A stretch of DNA of 49,268 nt. Origin: Chromera velia. Taxonomy: Eukaryota. The DNA lies in assembly GCA_018398765.1 (NCBI GenBank), contig JAHBMJ010000385.1:1-49268 (forward strand), in the 5' to 3' direction. Positions 1-11,822 of the stretch are shown one piece after another. The notes beneath the pieces are model-generated. The model was not told the DNA's origin. It searched no databases and saw nothing but the letters and a program-made list of their open reading frames with translations. Position 1 is the stretch's first letter. Each line of letters begins with the position of its first letter. The position numbers and the translations under genes are program-made.

Positions 1-384
1 CACTCACGGGGAGGGGTCTCTCGGAAAGGTTCGCTTTGCAGACCGCCTTGGCCTTCCTTTGTGCTATGAGCCGGGAGCCAAGTACTCGCCCAACTATGAT
101 ACAACGACCTTCCATGTATGGCATGATGGAGCTATGGAGCGCCTATCTGCCTGGGATCCTGTTGGGACCCACATGGGGGTCGATGTATGGAGAGAAGGAG
201 TCCGTGAAGCCTGGCAAACGATCTTGTCCGACGAGCCTGAAAGGACGGGCTTGGAACGTATGGGGTGGGCTATCTTTCCTGCAGGTTTGGAGACTTGCAT
301 GACGGTCATGCAGGCCTTCCAGTTGGAGTTCACTACGGGAGGAGTCCAACGCATCAGGGACATGATGGAGGAGCAGGACTCCCA

Positions 385-1445
385 CCTAGGTGCATCCTGG
401 TAACTTGGTAGTCAGCCAGAAATAGGGGGGTGGTTACCAGGTTGGCCGGTAACCTGGCCGGCCGAGTCGCGGCGGCGCCGCGGGCCCGCGCCGCGGCCCG
501 ATCGACGTCCGTGCGGCCGCCGCGCGGCCTTGGCGCAATGGGGGCCGCCGCGACCGCGCCCGGCGCGTCAGGCATGCTTGCGATACCCGTGCGCGCCTGT
601 ATGCAGTCTCCTATCGCAATTGAATGTGATCGTTCAGTGATGCAAAGGTTAGTCACTTTCTTATGTGGAAACGTCGCGACCCTGTGTTGTTGAAACGTTG
701 GTTTTGCTCTTGATTGAGCAGTTGTTTCCCAGACAACGACTGAGCAGCTCGAAGGGTACGACGTGATGAACCGACCGGATGTGGTGGAGGACTTCTACAC
801 GGTTGTGAAGCAGTTGAAATACCCCAATGGTGGGTGGTCACTGACAGAACAGACCAAATGGGCAACACGTCTGAACAGGCTGTTCAAGCGGGAGGGACAG
901 CTCTTATCTGTCGAGGTCGATGAGGCAGAGAAGATGCCACCCTCTATTTGGTGGCAGAGGGGACTGCCGGCTGCGTCTGAGTGCCCCGATCTGGCCGAGA
1001 TTGCCGACATTGTGTACGCATAACAGGTTTCTGCGTTAAAGCAGTCAAAAGAGGGGGAGGGGAGGAAGTCATCGATTTTGTCCAGCCTCAGCCTCTGGCT
1101 GTCGTCATATGTGTGTGCTTTCATGCCGCATGAATGTGTTTCATCGATTTTCATGCATGTTATTCGCTTGTTGTACATGCATATGAGTTTCATGCGTGAA
1201 AGAAAAACAGTTTTAGGATTTAAAAGTTTCCGCGTCTTTCGAATGCGGCCAGATTTTTTTTTAATTTTTTTTCTATATTTTTTTTTTCTATATTTTTTTT
1301 TAATTTTTTTTTCTAGATTTTTATTTTTGTTTTTTTTTTTAATTATATGGCCGGTAAACCGGTAACCTGGCCATTGTTAAAAAATTGGTCTAGCCTGGCC
1401 AGGTAACCAGTTACCCAGTAATTACCTGGCCATCATGCAACTAGG
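385..1445 (+). mobile_element. Non-autonomous hAT-like DNA transposon (1061 bp) inserted in the Copia ORF
   Basis: Perfect 8-bp TSD GACTCCCA (377-384 and 1446-1453). Imperfect 16-bp TIR: CCTAGGTGCATCCTGG vs reverse complement of right end CCTAGTTGCATGATGG. Clustered GGTAAC(C)/GGTTACC subterminal motifs at both ends. Excision restores the host frame (..EEQDSH-LPEVISRT..). Confidence 0.88.
763..1040 (+). pseudogene. hAT transposase C-terminal dimerisation-domain remnant
   Basis: MPPSIWWQRG..ECPDLAEIADIVYA*QVSA resembles the hAT dimerisation signature (WW...P.L..IA..IL...SSA). It lies inside the 8-bp-TSD element. Confidence 0.65.
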
Positions 1446-1556
1446 GACTCCCATCTCCCTGAGGTTATCTCTCGCACGCGGGGACTGGAGGATAAGACCA
1501 CCATGGGTGCGGTGCCCTCTGGTTCGAAGTCTGCGGTTTACACGGTCTCCCAGTAG

Positions 1557-2447
<891 letters not shown>

Positions 2448-5400
2448 TAAGAAGGTTCATGCGGGTACCGGTTCCAGTCACTGCAGGAGGTGTGGGACCG
2501 GCGGAACAAGGCGCGGAAGCTGAGGCAGCAGAGGGATCCTCATGAGAGGATTCCCCGAACCCCTCTCCCCGACGCAGAGAAGAAGAGGTCGGCCAAGAAG
2601 GACTTCAAAGCCATACCCGATGGCGTTGAGGTCCCTGTGGCTGCCTACCCGATCACGTATTGGGTCGTGGGTGGATGGACTGCCTCGGAGCTGGCGGACA
2701 CCGACCACTGTCAGCAAGGTCCCTTTCTTGCGGTGAGAAAGTTTGATGCTGGGGGTGCTGCCCACTTCAAACCATGGGACTACGGGTACGAATGGACGCA
2801 CCTGGCTGCCTTTTCGGCCGTCATGGTCGACCAGAAGCGTGAGGTGATGGCGCTGCACGCGCGCTACGGATACCAGAACTTCGACGATCTCAAGGAGACT
2901 CTCACGGCTGAGGGCATTGAGATCGATGAGGACTGCAGAAGGTAGGTTTCTACGTGTCCCCTCTGTCAGCTGAAGAATGCGATCACTCCCCGGATTCACA
3001 AAAGGAGTGAGCAGTTGTCGGCAGATTGGAGGCTGATCAAAAGAACGGTCTAGATCGTCGACATCTGGTTCTTCAAGGACCTTCTCGCGAAGGCCGAGAC
3101 AGGGGGCTTCGGAATGATGGTCGTCCTCTACGAGCCAGGAGCTGGGTTTTCTCTGGCCCACCCAGCTAAGGAGAAAGATGAGGCTTCCCTCATCGACTGT
3201 GCGCGTTACTTTGCTCGCTGGCTGGGGCGTCCGTATCTGGTGTGCATGGACGGAGAGAAGGCGGGAGCGGGTGTCTCCTTCCAGTCGTGGCTCCGGGGGG
3301 ACGGGTCCCCCGGACTACACCCCATCGAGTACCGTCAGGGACCTCCGTACGTTGGAAAGGGTCTGGAGGCTCTGGTCGAGCGCTGCATCCGCAGTAATCG
3401 GGAGGGAGTGGCCCTCCTCATATCGGACCCAAACCACCGTTTTCCCCTTGCTATGATTCACCTCGTGGCGATAGGGGAACGTTGGGGGTATTTCTGTGCG
3501 TTTTACAGAACGGTGGGAGGCATCCCTTTTATCCTAACCTTTCAAAGAGCGCCTCCTGGATGGAGAGTAGGGGATACCGCGGTGGTATCCATGCCCTCCT
3601 TGGGAATGGAGTTACGTGGAGTCATTGTCCAGTTCTTGGCTCCGCTCACACACGATATGGTCGCGGTTCTCCACAGGCACAAGGAGAGAAACGTTCAAGG
3701 GGAACGTTTTACCATCCTGCAAGTCTATCCGGAGCATCTACAGACAGTCCCGGACAACCTCCGCCTCTGGGGGGGGCCTCGCTTCGATCAGGATGGAACC
3801 ATCCTCCTGGCTCCGGCGGGAGGAGAACAGGAGGATCCTCGACTCTGGAAAACTTCTGCAAGGCAGGAAAGGGACACAGGCGTTCGCTACCGCAGACGGG
3901 CAGGTAGGAGCGACCTCGGTCACAGGGGATTCCCTCTAGTCCTTCCGGGCACCTCTCTGGTGGAACGGTACGAAGGGTTGCAGCGAAGGACACAGTGGCC
4001 GGCGAGGAAATTTTCTTTCCAACTGGCGGATGAGGGCGAAGGTGTTGTGGGCTTGCTGGAAGCCCCTCGCCTCACTCACTTTTGTGAGGGTCATCAGGAA
4101 ATTTTGAGCACGGAGGCGCAGGCGTCGGCTTCGTCATCGTCTTCCTCTGCCCTCCCCTCTGCACTGCCTCCTTCCCTCCCTCCCCCCGCTCCTGCAGAGC
4201 CCTCCGACCCCTCCCCTGCTCAGGCCGAGGCCTCGGTAAGGGAAGCAGGGGCGGTGGGCGCCCGGGCACGGTCTCCCTCTCCTGCTATGTCCAACAGGGC
4301 TTCCGTCGACTCTGGGGAGTCGCCGCTGCCGGATTTCTTTATCCTGCTCGGCTCCTTGATGAAGTGGACCATCCTGGACCCGTCAGGCCCTAGAGTGCTG
4401 CGCACGCCTGGGATGGTGCGGTAGCACACTCGCGCTCCTTTGCAGGGAAGGCGGGTGAAGGATCCAGGCCCCGTCTTTTATGACAAGAAAGGGAACCGCC
4501 TCCTGGGGGCCGACGGGGAGCCCCTGGGGTATGATTAGAAAGTAGAGCAGCCGGTGTTCATGACGTACCGCCGGGGGGTATATAACGCTTGGACTCGTCA
4601 TTTCGCGCTCATGCTCCACTCCGACTTGGGGGAGATCACGTAGGGAGAGATTCTGGACACCCTCAAAAACTACTTGGCACCCCGACTGATGACGGGCATC
4701 AAGGGGGACTCGTGGAGAAGCGGGAGTGCAACAAGAATGCAGGACAAAATCCAGGAAGCACGTGGGGTATTCCCTGGAGATATGGGTTTCGATCTTAAGG
4801 AGGACAGCCTCAAGAAGATCATGTCACAGAACCAGGGCGTCTATCTGTACTTGCCTCCACAGCCCCGTCGGATTGAGATCCCAGAGGGGTGGACCACTTC
4901 GATGAGTCTTCGAGTCTCTATTGCTTCCGATACTACATGTAGAGGCAAGCGTAGGGGGCGATACTACATGCACACGGCGCTCAACTACTTGGATAAGCCC
5001 AAGCAGGAGTGGATCGAGGCTGACAGGGAATTGAAGGAGACAGACAGTCTGTCAAAGATTGAGCCCCCGGGAGCCGAGTATGCCTACTGGACCCCTTTGG
5101 AGGGGAAGTTCTGGACAGTCAGGCTATCCATGGCTGTCGGTTTTCCCGAGAGGTACTACGGGTACAAGTGGATCGAGTTCCAGAACTATGTTTTTCCAAG
5201 CTCCTACGGCCCGGATCCGGTGGCTGCAAGCATCCGGGCGTACATAGAAGGAGGAGATCAGATGATGGAACACTTTTGGGACGTGTTCCGGGGGACAGAA
5301 AGCAACAAAGATGAGAAGGCGTGGTGCCTCGTATATGAGATATGCTACCAGGTTAGGTACATGTTCCACTGGTCGAAGCACCACGATGACCGCTCGCGCC

Positions 5401-8400
5401 GCATCATGTTTAAGAGAGAAGACCCCACGGTAGAGGTCGTCCCTCCCAAGGACCCCAGAGACAGGGTCGACAAGAATGAGGTCGGCCGCGGGGACCGAGC
5501 TTGGGAGGAGCTCTTAAATGCATCTGTGGCAAAGACAGGCAGAGAGAGAAGGGGAGGGGAAGGGTCCCCTCGCGCTCGTGTTTCGGGTGCTGAGGATGAG
5601 GAGACTGAGGAAGACACCTTCGCTTCTGAGTCTCTGCTGTGGGGCAGATCGAGCGGGTCAGACCCAAACAATGGAGATGACGGAGGGGATCCTCCTCACG
5701 GAAATGGATGTCAAGGAGACCCTCCCCCAGAGGATTCTCTACACGCCCCACCTCCAGGGGGTTATTCTGGAGGAGACTGGGGCGGGGGAACTGATGATGG
5801 GGGAGGCGGAGATGGTGGGGGAGACGTTCCTCCCGGATCTTCCCAAGCTCTACATCATGGCATCTCCGTTGGGGAGAGGGCCCACCTCCATCTATCTGCT
5901 CGCAGACGATCACGAAGATTGTCTGTGAGAAGGATCTTCTCCGAGGATGACGGAGACGACGAAAGAGGGGCAGAGTCTTCTGCCGAGAGGGGTAAAGGTC
6001 ACCATGACGAGTCAGAACCGGAGGATAGGCTGATTGACCCTTCGGCACACCCGGAGGGCGCAGATAGGTCCCAGTCCGAACAAGGAACTCCCATCTGAGA
6101 GAGGAGAGTTTTGGGTCCAGCTGCGCTCGTACGATCGTCAGCCGATGGAGGCCTACCCCGTGAAGGGGGCAGTTGTCCAGAGGGACAACAGAAGAAAGCT
6201 TGTGGCCCTCCACTCAAAGGTGCGTAGGAGCTACGGATGGGTAGACCTCGCATCCGATCTTTCGGTAAGGGACCCCCTCGCTTTCAAGGTCAAGGAAATT
6301 AGGGACGGGAGAGTGAAGCGGTCATCTATCAAGCACGTATTCAACATTCGCGGAGGGAGAGTCCCCGAAGAGGCTGTGCGCATGATTGATGACCCCGTCC
6401 AGCTCCGCGAAGTTGGAGTTAAAACTGTTTGGAAACTGCCGGAGGAAGAAAGGGTAGGGTGTGTGAAGGGCTCTGCAGACGCGGTCTCTGCAGATCCTTC
6501 CACATCATCGTCTTCCTCTGCTGTGCTTTCCTCTTCTGTTGTCCCTGCTGTGCCTCCTGTCAAGGGGGAGTCACGTGTTGTTCCCGAGGCTGCTGAGTCT
6601 CAACCTGGTGTTCCTTTGAACGCAGGCGGAGAGGAGCGAGCGGAGGATCATAGGGGTCCTCCTGCTGCCGAGGGGGCATCTGATGAAGGGAATGAGGTTG
6701 GGGGAGTTGAGCCACTGGGCCCTATTACAGAGAATGTGGAGACGGATGAGGAGCCTCCATCTCTGGTAGCGTCTACGGACAGGGGCGGGTATGTCTCGGA
6801 TGCCAGCTTGTCAACGTTTGAGGCAGGCGGCCTGGGCTCCGGGAGCGACAACAGCTCCTCGGATGAAGAGTGGGGGGTCCTGGGGGGTCGGAAACTTCCC
6901 AGGGCAGGAGAAGGACCCATCGTGAGGCAGAACCCGCCCAAGGAGGAGGTTGAGGAGATGAACAAGGTGGATGAGGTTTTGCAGGGCCCGCAGTGAAAGC
7001 GGTTCAACACCCTCTATACGATGGAGGTTTTGAGGGAGGAGCAAACAAGGAGAGTGCCCGAGGTGACGGGGAGGAACTGGAATGATGATGTCCAGGAGGA
7101 GAGAGGCATTCCGTCGTTTGCTGGGGCGCTGGTATGGGAGAGGGAAGAAGGCAGTCCCAAATGGGCTGGGACGCCCAAGAGCCCCACCAGGAGGTGGTGC
7201 GGTCTTCCTCACCTGTCTTACCTTTCCTCCAGGAACCCTCGGTCAGGGTTCCTGTTCACGGAAGCTGCCGTGTACGAGGAGGAGATAAGCTGTTTTAAGA
7301 AGGGCTCTACCCAGCTCCCCGCCACAAAGGAGGAGATCGACTCGGGGTCTCACAAGCTCGCTGCTCTGAAAGAGTGACTGGTGAACATTGTGGGAAATCG
7401 GACGCTCGGCAGGAAGGTTAAGAGGAATGAGGTTCGGGCGGTCGTCGGCATAGGCTGGCGGTGTACTTGGAAAGAGATGGACGATGGGGGCCGGAAGCCT
7501 AAGGCAAGGTTTTTCGCAAAGGGCTTCCTGGACGGCCGACTCGTTAACACCTAGTACGTCAGAACGCCTTCCGTCACGGGGATCAACACCGTCTGCCTTT
7601 TCATTGTGTCCACAGGAATGGAGATGGGGGCGGCGGATGTGACCGCTGCCTTCTTGACCTCCAAGGATCACAACGCCAAGCGGGTCAGCGCGACACTGCC
7701 CTCTGTGCTGCCTCGAGTTCCTGAGGAAAACCCCTTCAAGGACATCCTTGACAACAAATACGAGGAGCTGAGGACAATGGCGGCCGAGTACGAGCCCAGG
7801 GGCACGTACTTAGTAGAGATGGGCCTATACGGACTGCCCTGTGCGGCCCAGCTTTTCGACCATAAGTTGGAGGGGGTATACAAGGAGTTGGGGTTCAAGC
7901 GCGTAGACACGGCCATCGCAGTCAAGGCTCTCCTTGAGAGAGGGAGAGCCCAAGCCATCATCATGAATTGGATAGACGATTTGCTGACTGGAGCCCCTCC
8001 AAAGGAGCACAAGGCCCTTCAGGAGATCTTCAACCAGAGGCTGGGCTTTGGGTCCGTGTGTGTGATTGGGGAGGGATCAGAGAGGAAGTTCTCTGGAGTA
8101 GACATCTCCAGAGTCTCCATGGGGGAGATTCACCTCTCCCAGGTCTCGTACCTCGAGAACACCAAAACTGCTCCTCTATGGGAGATTTTGAAGGAGAAGC
8201 GTCCGAGCAAACCCTGGAAGGGTTTGGACGGGAAGAGTGCTGAGCCCTCCACCGAGGAGGAAGTCGACAACCAGTATGAGAAGCCGATCCGTGCTGGAGT
8301 CGGGACTCTGCAGTGGGGGGTGAGGATGAACCCACTCCGTGCGGTGTGGGGCCACATGGTAGCGCAGTCGATTTCAAAGCCCTCCAGGCGTATCTTCAAG

Positions 8401-11400
8401 ATGGTCGTACGTATCATCAAGATGCTGAAGGGGCACCCTGACAAGCGGGTTTTCACGAGCGTGGGGCTCGTGCCCATCGTGCACGCATACTTCGACACAG
8501 TGTTGAAGTTTGCGACTTATGCTGCACGGTTGGGTTATGTTGTCAGGATCCTGCACTCGATTGAGCTGCAAGGGGACCTGCGGTCCCGAGAACTGGATCG
8601 TGTGGGCCACCAAGAGGGCGGGAAAGAAGGTCGGGTCTTCCACCACTGGGGAGGTGCTCGCCTTTGAGTTTCTTCTCAAGAAGCTCTTCGGCATCGTTGC
8701 CCTTGTTAAGGCAATGTGGGGCCTCAAAAAGGTCCGTCTGATCGTCTACACAGACTCTGGTGCCCTCCACGACCAGTTCCGAACTGGCAAGGCCCAGACC
8801 GATGCAACCATGCAGGGCGTTTTGGAGTGGTGCATTCAGGAGATGCGTGTCCTTGGGGCAGATCTCCAGTGGATTGCACGATCGAGGAACGTGGCGAACG
8901 TGATGACCAAGTACGCCCTCCCCGGTGGGGAGATGGCGTGAATCCGGCGGCGTGGAACTTTTGGAGGGGAGGGGTGTGGGGCCTTTTCTTTCTCTCTTTT
9001 GTGTCCTATTTCTGTTGTCTGCTCTTTCTCTTCTGTCGTCCCTTTGCAGGAAGGCATATACAGGGTTTTGTTTTTCGCTCAGGATGGGGGACGACTGGGG
9101 TTTGGGTTCGGGCATAAAGGAGCTAGATAGGCCAAAGGTACTGTTCGTCCCTTTTATCTGTCTCTCTCTCTCGTTAATCTGTTCTCCCAGATAGGCGACT
9201 AGATAGGGCGGTGACTAGAAAGAAGGGCAGGAGACCAGGGGTCTCCTGCTGGGTGGGCATGGGCTCAGCCAGGCAGGTAGGAGAGCAAGAAGAGTTAGGC
9301 AAGAAAGCAAGAAAACCAGAGGAGTAGGTCCTCTTCCGCTGCACCCTTCCGTACACCTCCGCAGCCATACATGTTCGGTAAGTGTTTTGTTCTGTCTCAT
9401 CCTGTTTGTGTTTGTGTTTTGTTTGTATTCCACGCTCTGGCATAGCTGACGTATATGCCTCTGCGTCACGGGCAAAGCATCTAATACTCGGGCAAGGCAT
9501 GAGGCTATGCAATAAGCGGGCCCAAATTTCATGTAAACCGAGCATTAAATTTTTGGGGGGGGGCAGCTCGGGTGGAACAAACGAGCGTAGACCGTTTAAG
9601 GTCAATTACGTAGGGTGTATGGGCGGGTGGATCCGACGTTCATGAGGAGGCATTACTCTGTCTGTTCGCATCCATTGTCTTGCACTCCGTGTTTGGTGCC
9701 CGTCTGCATAAGAGATCCATGCGCAGGGAACAGACGGGCTGTTTATGCGGTGAAGGTGAGTGCCCGAAGCACTCAAACAGTCCAATCCCTGTGCGCTTTC
9801 CTTTCTCCGTTTTGAGCAGAATGGGCCTAGCCAGACCAGCTAGGCAGCCTGAGAGAATGCTGTCAGCTGGCATGAGGAGCATGAATAATTTTTGTTTGCG
9901 TCCATTTATGACCTGGCTGCCTGTCTGCGATCCGTTATGGTGATAGAGTTGGCGTGCTGCCTGACCAACACTTTGATCTGTACTTTCGTCTCACTCCCTG
10001 CAGGGCTTTGCATCACCCTTGAGTGAATTCACGGGAGAATATAGATAGAAAGGGGAGAGGGTGCTCATGGGGAGCATCACGTCTGGCAGGTGGCAGCCTA
10101 GGCAGGGGGAAAGACCGCTGTGCACACACTGAAACTTTTCATCTCTTTGTCTGGTCTCTCTATGTACAGCGCTTTAGCAGGAGCGCAAGGGCGTCCTGCA
10201 TTCATGAATGAACTGTCCCGGTCGGGCGTGTAATTGCCGTGCAAGAGAGACTTGATCCAAGTGTAGGGGGCATTTTGGGTAAGAATGAGAGCTCAGGTGT
10301 GTTGTAGGCGTTTCTTTCCTCTGTCGGCCTCTCATCCTGCCTGAAGCCTGTCCTCCGCTTTGGGAGGTCAGGTTAGGGGTGAGTGTAAGTCCGGGTGTGT
10401 TCGGTTTTGTAGGTTTGTATTTATGAAATCCTTTCCCCAGAAGGTCAGGGGAGTGCGTGGTGGCTCTCCTGTGATTTTTAATTGTTTCCGCAAGGCATGC
10501 GTGAAGGGGTAGGAGGTGCGTCGGGGGCACCTTCCTTAAAGTGCAGTTCATTTTTATATATTTGTATTCTCTCCCTCTTTCTTCTTTGTTTGGATTTCCA
10601 TACGGCCTGGGGAAGCTCGTCGTATTATAAGGGCATGCATGGTGGGTGAACGCCAGCCGGGTGTGGGCGTCTTCGGGTTTTCCGTTTTAACTTCGTTTTC
10701 ACAGACGGAAAGGAGATGGGAGGGAAAGGCCTTCCCGTCCTGTCTATATAGGCAGAGACCTTTTGCAGTCGTGTTCCTTGAGCTGCCGGTTGGCGTTAGG
10801 GGGGCTTGCGATGCTGACGCCCTAACACATGGCCGACCCGAACTAGAGTAGGGTGGGTAAGGCAAGCAAAACATTTTCCCTTCCCTTTGTGGTGGTCGCG
10901 GGGCCATCCACACATACCGTGGGTACGAGTGCGTGAAAGAAGGAAAAGAAGTACTGGGGGAGAAAGTGCTAAGGACTTTGCTTTTGACAGGCCCGTTTTG
11001 GACGATTGGGTCTCCTTGCCAGGGGGGCAGGGCATCCTGAGGCTGTCAAAGGCTCTTGGTTTGCAATGAACTGCATTTTAGTTTGCATGAGGAATGCTTG
11101 TGTTTAGTTTGCCTTTCTTTCTTTTATTTCTTTCGTACGTTCAGAGCAGGGTCCGTCTGGAGCAGGAAGCATGGCAGGTAGCGCGGGCTCCTGCATACTA
11201 GATGTCTTCGGTTTTCTGCGTGTGGGGCGGGGCTCCATCTGGAGGCAGATGGGCTGTGTGTCCCATACGTTTGTTAGCATAAGTAGGCATAGGCTGGGGG
11301 CCTGTGTTCTTCTGTGCTGTTCCTTTCGCTTTTCCCGGTGTGGTTTGGTTTTGTCCCATTCTTCCAGCCCGGTCGGCTGGTATCCCTTTCCATGTTTGCC

Positions 11401-11822
11401 CTGCACATGCATGAGCCCGGTGTGCTCTCACTTGTTAAAGGATAATAAATGATGTCTGGAGAGGACGGCGCGTGAGAGCATGAGAAAAAAGAATGAGGAG
11501 AGAAGAGGTAAATAATACATGAGTAATTCTTTTAAGATTGTGTGGTGTTGGTTGGAAGGAAAAGCAGTCACCGTTTCGGGTGCGGGGACAGGGGAGGACC
11601 TATAGCAATCCCTTCCTTGCATATCTTTTCAACGTGTGGGCGTTTTGAGCTGGGTGTGTTGGGGGCACGTCCCGGCGTGGCTGCGTCCAACTTATAAGCG
11701 CACGTTTTGGGCTGCTGGCCGTAGTGGCGAGGCAGCGTTTGAGCAGTTCGGGGGATACCGTATTTTTGTGACTTGCTCGTATGGGGAGCGGTGCTTCTCG
11801 CTACAGGGACTCGTCTGTGCTT

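Noticed and set aside
8942..9560. 3' LTR of Copia-1, including the hairpin GCAGGAGACC-AGG-GGTCTCCTGC at 9227-9249
   Set aside because: The partner LTR is outside the window and there is no clear PPT/TG boundary, so limits cannot be supported.
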